Assembly (NCBI GenBank): GCA_965223345.1
Contig: CBDCWG010000012.1
Location: 960,001 to 1,024,000 of the forward strand
Direction of reading: 5' to 3'
Source: Nitrospinales bacterium
GTDB taxonomy: Bacteria > Nitrospinota > Nitrospinia > Nitrospinales > VA-1
DNA length: 64,000 bases
Shown here: piece by piece, positions 41,145 through 50,266 of the stretch
Layout: each line of letters begins with the position of its first letter
How positions within the stretch are numbered: the stretch's first letter is position 1
Made by a program: the position numbers and the translations under genes
Notes under the pieces: model-generated
Told to the model about the DNA's origin: nothing
Database searches by the model: none
Seen by the model: the letters and a program-made list of their open reading frames with translations, nothing else

Positions 41145-41505
41145 TTCGACGTGATAATCCGTAAGTATTTAATTTTAAAGGGTTTTTGTTGGGTCTGGCC
41201 CCGGCCGCGCCGAGGGTGTTCTGTGTACAAAAGTGCACATCAAACTCCTTGATTTGTCGCTTCTTATCTTTTCCCGAGCAGCAGGTTGGCTGCAATCTGC
41301 GGAGAATCGCTGCAAAACAGGGATCACAAAGCGGTGAGACGGAGGTGGTTGTTCCCGAAGCCGGGCTGTGGAACAATGAGGCATCCGGAAAAGAAAACGA
41401 TGAAGTCGGGGCGAGGCGCCGCCGCCGTTGCGGCGCGTGCAGGGGGTGCCGTGAGGCTCCTGGAATCATCCCGGCTTCCCAGCGAAGCAGCAAAAGGAGA
41501 AGGTC

Positions 41506-42150
41506 ATGCGCTGGCTGAGGTGCAACGGTCTCATGCGTGCCGTGGTTTTTGGGCCGGGGCTCTGGTTTTGCCTGTCCGCAAACCCGGCGGTGGTTTCAGG
41601 GGACATTCAATCCGGAAAAGACGCGCTGGCGAAAGGGGATTTCAAGAAAGCGTTCACGCAACTGCGGTTGTCGGCGCAGGAGGGGCACCCGGATGCGCAA
41701 ACCGCGCTGGGAACGATGTATTTTTCCGGAACCGGAGTCGCAAAAAATCACCGCGAAGCGCTCAAGTGGTACAAAAAAGTTTCCCGCCAGAACAACCCGG
41801 CTGCGTTGCGGAACATGGCGCAGATTTATACCGAGGGTTTGGGAGGCGTGAGCCGGGATTTGAAAAAAGCCTTCGAGCTGTACCTTCAGGCGGCGCAACT
41901 GGGGGATGCGGACGCGCAGTTTTTTGTCGGGCATTTTTACGCCAACGGACTGGGCACCGTCAAAGACAGTGTGCAGGCGCTCATGTGGTTCGATCTAGTG
42001 AATGAAAAGAGCACGGTACCGTTGAACGAGTTCCAGACGATGGCGGCGCAGTCGCTTCTGGCGGCGGTGGAACTCAAGGCGGAGATGACGCGCGAGGAAA
42101 TCCAGGAATCGCTTCAGCTTAAAAATGCGTGGAAGCCGCTGGAGCGCTGA
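41506..42150 (+). CDS. Sel1-repeat protein
   Basis: 'AQTALGTMYFSGTGV', 'AQFFVGHFYANGLG' Sel1 units. Confidence 0.88.
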   Translation: MRWLRCNGLMRAVVFGPGLWFCLSANPAVVSGDIQSGKDALAKGDFKKAFTQLRLSAQEGHPDAQTALGTMYFSGTGVAKNHREALKWYKKVSRQNNPAALRNMAQIYTEGLGGVSRDLKKAFELYLQAAQLGDADAQFFVGHFYANGLGTVKDSVQALMWFDLVNEKSTVPLNEFQTMAAQSLLAAVELKAEMTREEIQESLQLKNAWKPLER

Positions 42151-42250
42151 TGCGGTGGCATCCCCTGGGACGGGATTGGATTTTGCAGTGCGGCCCGGCT
42201 GAGTTCGACTGCCTGTGGGCCGGTTGCAGAGAAGCGTTTGGGGGGCGGGC

Positions 42251-42433
42251 TCAGCAGAGGATCTGGGAGTTGACTTCCTGAAACTGGGTTTCGTCTTCGA
42301 AGCTGTTGATCTGCTGACGGTCTCTTTCGGTGATCATGGACCGGAGCCGTGCGATCGAGCGCGCTTCCAGATCTTCGGCCGTGATCACTTTTTTCAGATT
42401 GCCCATCCCGTCGAATACTTTCACTTCGTACAT
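42251..42433 (-). CDS. Small hypothetical protein
   Basis: 60 aa with GGAGG RBS. Confidence 0.6.
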   Translation of the reverse strand: MYEVKVFDGMGNLKKVITAEDLEARSIARLRSMITERDRQQINSFEDETQFQEVNSQILC

Positions 42434-42787
42434 GTGCTGCCTCCGTTCGGTTCTTGGGGAATGAAGGTCGGCTTGATTGCTGAGCTTCGTTGCCGGAATC
42501 GCCTGCGATATTCAAATGCGGAAACCATCTACCAAGGGGGTACCGGATGGAGGAGACATAATATTTGGTAGATGGAATCCGCAATTCGTGCAAATTTCAA
42601 AAAACCGGTTGTGCGCTGTGTCTGATCTCACTATGCCAGAGCGATATTGAGATTGGATCGCGGCTTTGCAACACTTTGATCACAGATTTTTCTTTTGTGA
42701 TCCCCGCTTCGATCCGTCAACGTCTGCGCGGGCGCTCTCCGATTTCTATCCAACGTGATGGACTGCAATCCCTCTTCCCTGCCGGGA

Positions 42788-43240
42788 TCATTTCTTATCC
42801 CAGGCGGATTCTTTGGAAGAAGGCGTGAAATACTCGTGACCCTGGTGCCGCGGAATCCGCTCGAAACGATGGCTGTCGCGATGCACTTCCGAGCCCATGG
42901 TGTTCGTGCGTTCGTGGGTCGGGCGCGTTCGCTCGGAGTGTTCCCATTTGCGCAGCGTCGATGGGCTGCTCAGATTGTCGCGCCGCGATGTGCGCTTGGG
43001 CTGCCGCAGCTTGCGCTGATGGGTCCGGCGGAATTCTTCACGGTTCCGATTCACCCCGCCCCGGGAGGCGAGCAGGAATTCCGCCTGGTTTCCGGTGAGG
43101 GCCGCCTTTTCTGCTTCTGCATTCGCAATCGGATTTCCCTTCGCCTGCGGCACGGCGGACAGAGCCTGACCGGGGGCCGCGAGCAGCAGCAGGGCGATCC
43201 AGACGAGGATCCATTTAGTTGCGGTTTTTTGCAGTGCCAT
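42788..43240 (-). CDS. Secreted basic, low-complexity hypothetical protein
   Basis: Signal peptide 'WILVWIALLLLAAPGQA'; AAAGG RBS. Confidence 0.55.
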   Translation of the reverse strand: MALQKTATKWILVWIALLLLAAPGQALSAVPQAKGNPIANAEAEKAALTGNQAEFLLASRGGVNRNREEFRRTHQRKLRQPKRTSRRDNLSSPSTLRKWEHSERTRPTHERTNTMGSEVHRDSHRFERIPRHQGHEYFTPSSKESAWDKK

Positions 43241-43513
43241 GATGATCGCCTTTCGTGAAGATCGGGCGGTGCCGGTTTCGTCGGTGACGACCTGCATTGA
43301 ATCCAGTTTAGAAGCGTTGTGTTGCGTGCGGGTCAACCCTGAGTCACGGTTTTGTCATATCGCTGTGCAGGGTTGTCATGCAGTGAGAGGACGGGAGCGA
43401 TGGCCACCCTTTCGCGCGGCTGTGGCGAAACTGTGACGGCTTCTTGAAGCGGGTGTGACGTTCATCATGAAAAATGAAATCAGCGGTTTCATATTTCATG
43501 AGGAAGGAACGCA

Positions 43514-43771
43514 ATGGAGTTCATCGATACCTATCAGCTGGCCGGGCTTTTGTGTTTCCTCGTCGGGGCGAAAGTGTGGGTGTATTGCAGCGCCATGGAA
43601 CGGGAGGAGCACTTTAAGAAAAACAACCTGGAACGCATTCTCATCTTCAAGCCCGATGTGGAGGTGATGGAGGCCAATGCGCGCATGATCCGCCGGTCTT
43701 TCGTTCTGTCCTTGCTGGGAGCGGTCATGACCATCACAGGCGTGTTTCTTTTCCTCGCCAATATGGACTGA
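43514..43771 (+). CDS. Small two-TM membrane protein
   Basis: GAGGAAGG RBS, two hydrophobic segments. Confidence 0.65.
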   Translation: MEFIDTYQLAGLLCFLVGAKVWVYCSAMEREEHFKKNNLERILIFKPDVEVMEANARMIRRSFVLSLLGAVMTITGVFLFLANMD

Positions 43772-43984
43772 TCGCAGCTGCAAACCTCCACATAAAGAAA
43801 TCCCGCCTCTTCACAGACCTTCCGTTTTTCACCCATGCGCCGCCGCCCTTGCGTTTTTTCCGATGCGGAGCTGCCAATAAAAAGCATCTCGTGGTTGACT
43901 TTTTTGCCGGATCGTTAACAATAAAACCGGCCTGGGTTGAACAGCGGCGAATGCCGATTGCGGTTGCCAAAGAAGGAGGGGGGA

Positions 43985-44197
43985 ATGATACGAATAGGAC
44001 TGCTGGTTTTTCTGATCGGAACGGCGGGCTGCGCCTTCGATTCCGCCGAATGGTCTCCCGGTGACGAGGGGCTGGAGCACGCCGTCCGCTATTGCCGCAC
44101 CGAAACGCTGCAACGCGATCCTTTGCTCGGGCCGTTCTGGTACGGCAGCAAGGATTTCCGTCCCTGTATGGAATCCCGGGGCTACTTCAAGCACTGA
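43985..44197 (+). CDS. Small lipoprotein
   Basis: AAGGAGG RBS; lipobox 'TAGC'; C-terminal 'CMESRGY'. Confidence 0.7.
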   Translation: MIRIGLLVFLIGTAGCAFDSAEWSPGDEGLEHAVRYCRTETLQRDPLLGPFWYGSKDFRPCMESRGYFKH

Positions 44198-44222
44198 GCG
44201 GGACCGCGGCCCGCCGGATTTT

Positions 44223-44393
44223 TCAGTGCCGTTTGTCGAACGCCGCGTGTTTTCTGTGGGCGCGGATCCGGTGGTTCAACAGCATCGACCTCCACATCAG
44301 TCTCCATCCCAGTTTTTTCCAGTGAACCCATTCGATCCACAGGCTGCGCAGTTTGATCTTGGCAATTTCTCTGCCCGGACGTGCGAAGGTCAT
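44223..44393 (-). CDS. Unannotated 56-aa Trp-rich basic small protein
   Basis: AAAGGAG RBS 6 nt before ATG; MTFARPGREIAKIKLRSLWIEWVHWKKLGWRLMWRSMLLNHRIRAHRKHAAFDKRH. Confidence 0.6.
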   Translation of the reverse strand: MTFARPGREIAKIKLRSLWIEWVHWKKLGWRLMWRSMLLNHRIRAHRKHAAFDKRH

Positions 44394-44522
44394 GATCGGC
44401 TCCTTTCGACCGGCGTTTTTTTCTGAATCCCGCTGTCCTTGGGGAACGCCGTTCGCGGTTGGGAAACATTCGTTTGCAGCATTCAGGGTCTCAATGTTGC
44501 GTGGCGATTTTGTGTCCGGTTT

Positions 44523-44562
44523 GTCACAGTCGGTTCACAATCCTCCCCGGCTTTATTACAAT
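44523..44562 (+). promoter_or_regulatory. Putative tnaA promoter with 11-bp direct repeat over the -35
   Basis: GTCACA (44523) / TTCACA (44534), 17 bp spacer, TACAAT (44557). Confidence 0.5.
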
Positions 44563-44671
44563 GCGGTAATTTAAAGGAAAGCGGGGCCTTGCCGTGAGAA
44601 CCCCTGGAAAACCGGGGGATCCGCTGCGTGCGCCGCGACGGGCCAAACACTCACATCAACCGGGGGCGATC

Positions 44672-46051
44672 ATGCATACCATCATCGAGCCGTTCAGGAT
44701 CAAATCGACCGAATCGATACCCATCACCCAGAGAGAGCAGCGCGAACGGTGGCTTCAGGAGGCGCACCACAACGTGTTCCTGCTTGCGGCCGATCGCATC
44801 ACCATCGATTTATTGACCGACAGCGGCACCGGCGCCATGTCCACGCGGCAATGGGCGGCGCTGATGATGGGAGACGAAAGCTATGCCGGCAGCAAATCCT
44901 GGCAGCGGTTCAAGGAAACCGTCGAGGACATCACCGGCTACAAGCACGTGTTTCCCATCCATCAGGGACGGGCCGGCGAGCGCATCCTGGCCCAGACGCG
45001 TTTGAAGCCGGGGGATGTGGTGCCAAACAACGGTCATTTCGACACCACGCGCGCCAATTTCGAGTTCGTGGGCGCCAGGCCCGTGGATCTGATCATCGAT
45101 GCGGGCAAGGACGCGGCTCTGGAACATCCCTTCAAGGGCAACATGGATGTCGATGCGCTGAAAGCGCTGATCGACGAAACCGGTCCGGAAAAGATCCCGT
45201 TCGCGATGGTCACGATCACCAACAATTCGTTCGGCGGCCACCCGGTGTCGCTGAAAAACATCCGCGAGGTCAAAAAGGCGCTCGAACCCTACAAGATCCC
45301 ATTGATCCTGGACGCCTGCCGGTTCGCGGAAAACGCCTATTTCATCTACGAACGGGAAGAAGGCAATGCGCACCGCTCGCTGAAGGAGATCGCCCGCGAG
45401 GTGTTTTCCTACGCCGACGGGGCGAACATGAGCGCGAAAAAAGACGGGCTGGCCAATATCGGCGGGTTCTTTGCGGTCAACGACGACGCCTGGGCGGAGG
45501 ATTTCCGCAACATGCTTATCCTGTGCGAAGGGTTTCCCACCTACGGCGGCCTGGCGGGGCGCGATCTGGAAGTGATCGCCGAAGGGCTGGAGGAAGCGTT
45601 GCAGATGGAGTACCAGATCTACCGGCACGCGACGGTGCAGTACATGGGGACCCGGCTCGACGCGATGGGGATCCCGTATGTGCGGCCGGTGGGCGGTCAC
45701 GCGATCTTTCTGGATGCGCAGCGGTTTTTTCCCGAAGATGCGGTTCCCCAATATCCGGGCATCGGTCTGGTCAACGCCATCTACCTGGAAGGCGGCGTGC
45801 GCTCGGTGGAACTGGGTTCGGTGATGTTCGGGAAAGTCGATCCGCAAAGCGGCGAGGAGATCCCCGCTCCCTTTGAGCTGGTGCGCCTCACGTTTCCCCG
45901 GCGCGTTTACACCCAGAGTCATTTCGATTACGTGCTGGAGGTCCTGAAAGCGGTGTGGGAAAAACGCGGGACGATTCCCTCACACCGGATCACCAAGCAA
46001 TCGCCTTATCTGCGGCATTTTTCCGCGCATTTTTCCCCGGTCGCGGATTGA
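44672..46051 (+). CDS. tnaA: Tryptophanase (beta-eliminating lyase)
   Basis: 'EPFRIK', 'IDLLTDSGT', 'HFDTT', 'MSAKKD', 'LRHF' (tryptophanase-type rather than TPL 'MSGKKD'/'LRFF'). Confidence 0.88.
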   Translation: MHTIIEPFRIKSTESIPITQREQRERWLQEAHHNVFLLAADRITIDLLTDSGTGAMSTRQWAALMMGDESYAGSKSWQRFKETVEDITGYKHVFPIHQGRAGERILAQTRLKPGDVVPNNGHFDTTRANFEFVGARPVDLIIDAGKDAALEHPFKGNMDVDALKALIDETGPEKIPFAMVTITNNSFGGHPVSLKNIREVKKALEPYKIPLILDACRFAENAYFIYEREEGNAHRSLKEIAREVFSYADGANMSAKKDGLANIGGFFAVNDDAWAEDFRNMLILCEGFPTYGGLAGRDLEVIAEGLEEALQMEYQIYRHATVQYMGTRLDAMGIPYVRPVGGHAIFLDAQRFFPEDAVPQYPGIGLVNAIYLEGGVRSVELGSVMFGKVDPQSGEEIPAPFELVRLTFPRRVYTQSHFDYVLEVLKAVWEKRGTIPSHRITKQSPYLRHFSAHFSPVAD

Positions 46052-46150
46052 GAGGGCAGGGAGTGTTGTAACTCATTGAAAATAATGTTAATATTTTATG
46101 CCCGCTGATGCGGTGGCGGGCCTGTGAAAACCGAGGAGTGAAGGGACGCG

Positions 46151-46681
46151 ATGGAAAAAAGGAGAATGCCGCGGATGAAAGTGGGGTTGCCGGCGTCTTT
46201 GGTGCGGGGTGAGAACAGCGAACCGGTGGACGTGCTGGATCTCAACATCCACGGCATGGCGTTTCAGTCGGAAAAATTTTTCACGCCCGGAACGCGTCTG
46301 GAATTCCGCCTGCCGTTCAAAAAAAAGCAGGGGACGAAAAAATTCCCCGGTGAAGTCATGCAGTGCAATGTGAACGAGGAAACTCTGGATGGAAGCTATC
46401 GGGTGGGGGTGCGGTTTCTTTTTGGCTCCAAACGATCCTTCACAGGAAAAAACAGGGAGTCCCAAGCGGTTGCCACCATCCCGCACAAACAGGCGGCCTG
46501 CGGTACGCCCACCTCTTCATTGCCAAAAGCCGCTGCGCTTCCCAGCGCGCAACCCGCCCCGAGCGTGATGAAAAAATCCGATGATTTGTCTTTGAAGAAT
46601 GACGAACTGCAAAAAACCGAACGGGTGTTCGGGCTGACTTTTATCCGCAAGTCGCGTTTTTATTTTCTGTCCTCGGACTGA
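46151..46681 (+). CDS. PilZ-domain protein
   Basis: RxxxR 'RRMPR' and 'DLNIHGM' motifs; low-complexity tail. Confidence 0.7.
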   Translation: MEKRRMPRMKVGLPASLVRGENSEPVDVLDLNIHGMAFQSEKFFTPGTRLEFRLPFKKKQGTKKFPGEVMQCNVNEETLDGSYRVGVRFLFGSKRSFTGKNRESQAVATIPHKQAACGTPTSSLPKAAALPSAQPAPSVMKKSDDLSLKNDELQKTERVFGLTFIRKSRFYFLSSD

Positions 46682-46753
46682 ACGGTCCCTGCTGCAATCC
46701 CGTCCCTTCCCCTCCGAAAGGGTGCGGAATTTCCTTCTATCAAATCCAACCCG

Positions 46754-47164
46754 CTACTGCATCTGCATGCTGGAATCCTGCATCGTGTCGCTGTCCATCG
46801 TGGACACGCCCGCTTCCAGATCGGGAGGCGTGTCGGACTGCAACCGGCAGTCCCAACCCCACACCGAAAGCTGATCGACGAAGGTTGCGGATTTGTCTTC
46901 ACAATACCCTGCCTGATTCTCCGCGCGCCACAGCACCTGTTCGATCCCCGGCTCTTCGCTGTCTTTGTAATAACGCACTTCGCAGGGAACCGTTTCGTCC
47001 AGCTCAAAATAATGCACTTCCACGCGCCTTTCCGTGTCGCCGTTCATGCACATGAAGCGATCTCCCCGGCGCAGCGATTCCTGAGCCTGGGCCTGTGCGA
47101 GCGTGCCGAGGATCAGCAGCGCGGTCACCGTGCAGACGGAGAGCCATTTTTGGGATAGGGCCAT
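46754..47164 (-). CDS. Secreted Cys-containing hypothetical protein
   Basis: GAGGAGG RBS, signal peptide, 'PCEVRYYK...LWRAENQAGYC...GWDC'. Confidence 0.7.
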   Translation of the reverse strand: MALSQKWLSVCTVTALLILGTLAQAQAQESLRRGDRFMCMNGDTERRVEVHYFELDETVPCEVRYYKDSEEPGIEQVLWRAENQAGYCEDKSATFVDQLSVWGWDCRLQSDTPPDLEAGVSTMDSDTMQDSSMQMQ

Positions 47165-47460
47165 GAGCCTTCCTCCTCTGAATGGGTTGGACAGAAAATT
47201 TCTTTTGCGATGGGTGTGAGAGGCCGGCAAGGGCGTGGCTGCCCCCATTTTGCGATCGCCCGATCGGCTGGGTGTGCGCTGCCCGCCGGGGCCTTCCCCC
47301 TTTATTCCAGTGTTTTATATTTCATGCAGAAAAATCAACGGTATTTCTGGGCTCCGGCGGGACGCTTGAGCTTAACGTGCAGAAATTCATGATTTTGCGG
47401 AAAAATAAAAATCGCGGGATGTGGCGGAAAACACGGCGGTTTCTGGCCGCTGTCCTGCGC

Positions 47461-47859
47461 TCAAAACCGGAATTTGAACAGGGTGGGCGGGGTGGTGTGC
47501 ACGCCGTCTTCCGGGATGGATGAGAACGGGTCCCAGGGGTCGGGGTGTTCGCGGGGATCGTAGAGGGGCGGAGGCGGGCTTTGGAACCGCTCTTTTTCAA
47601 GTGTCATGCTCTTGTTCTCAAGCGTCATGCTTTTGTTTTCGGAATCTCTCCACTTGTGTTCGGGTTTTTCGCTTTCTCTCCATTTCTTTTTCATATCGAA
47701 CACCCGTTGCGACAGTGGAATGCGGGAATCCTCCCCAGCAGGGAGCGGCGGAGCCGGGTCCGCCAGGACCGCGACGCGGGCGGTGAAAAGAAATATCAGG
47801 ACGCCGCACAGATACCAGGCTGTGCTTCTGTCCAGGTCTATTGTGTGTGCTGTCGCCAT
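47461..47859 (-). CDS. Exported hypothetical protein with C-terminal Phe
   Basis: TM/signal segment, internal ENKSMTL duplication, ends 'LFKFRF'. Confidence 0.6.
   Translation of the reverse strand: MATAHTIDLDRSTAWYLCGVLIFLFTARVAVLADPAPPLPAGEDSRIPLSQRVFDMKKKWRESEKPEHKWRDSENKSMTLENKSMTLEKERFQSPPPPLYDPREHPDPWDPFSSIPEDGVHTTPPTLFKFRF
47597..47638. repeat. 21-bp imperfect tandem duplication (ENKSMTL x2)
   Basis: tcaagtgtcatgctcttgttc / tcaagcgtcatgcttttgttt. Confidence 0.75.
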
Positions 47860-48659
47860 TTTAATGACTTGAACCAGTAATCGTGGGTCGCTTTCAGCCA
47901 GGTGTCAGCTTTACGGCTGGTGATCCAGGCATTGAGAAAACTCAGGAAATCCGCATCTCCCTGGTTGATCGCGAAGCCGGTTTTGTATTCCAGCAGCGGC
48001 CCGGACAGGGGCACATCGACTTTTTCCGGATGTTCCAGGGCAATGAAACGCGGCAGCGGCTTCGATTCGAGGTAGGCGTGCACCTTTCCCGCAAGCAGCG
48101 CCTTTTTTGCCGTTTCGCTTTTCTTGAACACGACCAGCGACGCTTTGTCGAAGATGCGGCGCGCGATGTTTTCGGACACCGTGGCCGCGATCACCGCGAT
48201 CCTGGTTTTCTTATTATTGAGTTCTTCCAGACTGCCGATGTGCCGGGTCGCCTCCAGGTTGGTGGCGAGGCTGATTCCGGAAGAGGCATAGGGCTGACTG
48301 AAATTCACTTTCAAGGCACGCTGAGGCGTGATGGCCATGCCGCCGATGATGATGTCGATCTCGCCGTTGTTGAGGGCGGGAATCAGTTTTTCCCAGACGT
48401 ACAGTTTGAGCTGCGGTTTGAGGCCCATGTCGGTGGCGAGTTTTTTGGCCACGTCGATTTCGGAACCCGTCAGTTTGCCGTTTTTATCTTTGAGCGTCCA
48501 GGGCGTGAACAGCGAAACCCCGACGCGCAGGGTGCCGGACTCCAGAATCTGCTGGAACGTACGGACCGGTGCGGCCTTGCCGGCAAACGCGGCGGGAACG
48601 GCGGCCGCCGTGAGAAGCAGCAGCAGGACGGGGATCGAAAATAAGGATCGAAGTTTCAT
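47838..48659 (-). CDS. Amino-acid ABC transporter substrate-binding protein (family 3)
   Basis: 'GTLRVGV', 'LIPALNNGEIDIII', 'ITPQRA...FSQPY'. Confidence 0.9.
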   Translation of the reverse strand: MKLRSLFSIPVLLLLLTAAAVPAAFAGKAAPVRTFQQILESGTLRVGVSLFTPWTLKDKNGKLTGSEIDVAKKLATDMGLKPQLKLYVWEKLIPALNNGEIDIIIGGMAITPQRALKVNFSQPYASSGISLATNLEATRHIGSLEELNNKKTRIAVIAATVSENIARRIFDKASLVVFKKSETAKKALLAGKVHAYLESKPLPRFIALEHPEKVDVPLSGPLLEYKTGFAINQGDADFLSFLNAWITSRKADTWLKATHDYWFKSLKWRQHTQ

Positions 48660-48733
48660 GCGGAGGGTTCCTGTTGGTTTGCGGGACAAGGTCATTAAGG
48701 TAATCGATTTCCGCTGCGGACGCAATCGGACGT

Positions 48734-49546
48734 CTAGGGTTTGAAATCCTGCATGGCGCGGGCGAGGTCCTCCGGAGTGCCGATGTCCAGCCAGCGGCCC
48801 TGCGGGAAGGTTTCGGCCTCCACCGGATGGCCTTCCGCCAGCCAGGCCTGCAGGACGTTGCCGACGTAGAATTCGCGCGACTCCAGCTGGTCCATCGCAT
48901 CCATCTTGCGCGCGGCCTTGACCAGCCGGGCCAGGTGCTCGTGCAGGTAGCGGGAAAATTCAGGGGTCCACACCGCCATCACCCAGCAGGTGCCGGGGGT
49001 GGCGCGATCGGGTTTGATCTCGATGGCGGTCACGCGCCCGTCGGCGTCGGTTTCCACCATGTCGGTTTTTCTGGGATTGTCCGTGGGAAACAGGCCCAGC
49101 ACCACATCGGCCCCGGTGCGTTCCTGCCGTTCGAGCAACGGGCTGTAGGCGTCCCGGGGGTGCAGGAGGATGTCGGGATAACCGAGTGCGATGCGGTTGT
49201 TTTCGATGAAGGGCCAGGCCTGGTCGATGCTGAAAGGGCTGCCGTATGGATGACCCATCATCAGATAGGCGAGGTGCATGCCGAAATCCTGGCCGTCCTG
49301 GAAAAAATCGGGGATGTCCCACTTGCCGGGGCGGATCACCATAAAGGCGCGCCGGATGTGCGCGGCCTGGAACCGCTCCAGCAGGTACTGGCAGGCGACT
49401 TTGGGGCGCAGTCCCCTGTCGTCGCCGGGGTCGATGCCCAATGGAAACACTTCCTTGCTGCAGGGCAGGTTCCCCAGACGCCGGCCCCAACCGGCCGCGG
49501 GGATGAGACCGATGACATCGCTGGATTTTTCGGGAGCTCGTGACAC
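48734..49546 (-). CDS. Sugar-phosphate nucleotidyltransferase (RmlA-like)
   Basis: 'GLIPAAGWGRRL...SKE', 'WLDIGTPEDL'. Confidence 0.82.
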   Translation of the reverse strand: MSRAPEKSSDVIGLIPAAGWGRRLGNLPCSKEVFPLGIDPGDDRGLRPKVACQYLLERFQAAHIRRAFMVIRPGKWDIPDFFQDGQDFGMHLAYLMMGHPYGSPFSIDQAWPFIENNRIALGYPDILLHPRDAYSPLLERQERTGADVVLGLFPTDNPRKTDMVETDADGRVTAIEIKPDRATPGTCWVMAVWTPEFSRYLHEHLARLVKAARKMDAMDQLESREFYVGNVLQAWLAEGHPVEAETFPQGRWLDIGTPEDLARAMQDFKP

Positions 49547-49626
49547 GTTGGGATTCCTGTTTTAAGAATGACGGAGGCGGCCGCTGCCGCCAGCATTTTG
49601 AATTATAACAGTGTTTTTGCTTTCGC

Positions 49627-49977
49627 TCACCGGTGGGGCCCCCGCTTTTCGGCGCAGGGAACGCAAAGGACGTTTTCCGGCATGGCGAGGATACGGCCGG
49701 GAGGAATGGGGGTTTCGCATCGGGCGCAGAGGCCGAATTCGGGCTGGTCCACTTTTTCCAGGGCGCTTTGCAGCCTGGCCAGTTTGGCTTTCGCGGCGTT
49801 GAGCGCGTTTTCGCTGACCGCCTGGCTGTTGATGGCCTCCATGCGCGTGAGGCGGCCCAGGGCGTTGTCCGGAGCGACCGGTTTCGCCGATTCGGTGAGG
49901 CTTTGAATCAGGTTTTTCTGATTCTCGATTTCCTCGGAGATATGCCGTTTGAGTTCTTTACTTTTTTCCTGGGTCAT
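49627..49977 (-). CDS. TraR/DksA C4-type zinc finger protein
   Basis: Coiled coil then 'FGLCARCETPIPPGR...CVPC'. Confidence 0.9.
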   Translation of the reverse strand: MTQEKSKELKRHISEEIENQKNLIQSLTESAKPVAPDNALGRLTRMEAINSQAVSENALNAAKAKLARLQSALEKVDQPEFGLCARCETPIPPGRILAMPENVLCVPCAEKRGPHR

Positions 49978-50266
49978 GGGAACATCCTAACATCGATTGA
50001 AAAACTGCATCGTGGTTGGGGGCCAACGGGATTCCCGAATATTGGCATTGCGATCGAATCCCGGAAAGAAGGATTGGAGGAGCGCAAGAGCTGAAGCGAT
50101 TCCCACCTGAATTGAAAACATTTGTCCTGTATCGGCATGCCGGTATTGACAATCTTTCCCCACGCACCTAAACCATTATTGATCATTGCAAATTCGGATT
50201 CCACGGGTTTCTTTGCTTCCCGTTCATGCATCGAAAGCGTTGTTCAATTTGAAGAAGGAAAATACG

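Noticed and set aside
44233..44325. Plus-strand peptide '...RWFNSIDLHISLHPSFFQ' resembling the TnaC leader (WFNID...P) upstream of tnaA
   Set aside because: Trp-to-Pro spacing matches but Asp is one residue off. There is no RBS or good start, it is antisense to a better-supported ORF, and the likely tnaA promoter lies downstream of it. Probably chance, though worth a glance if Ribo-seq exists.
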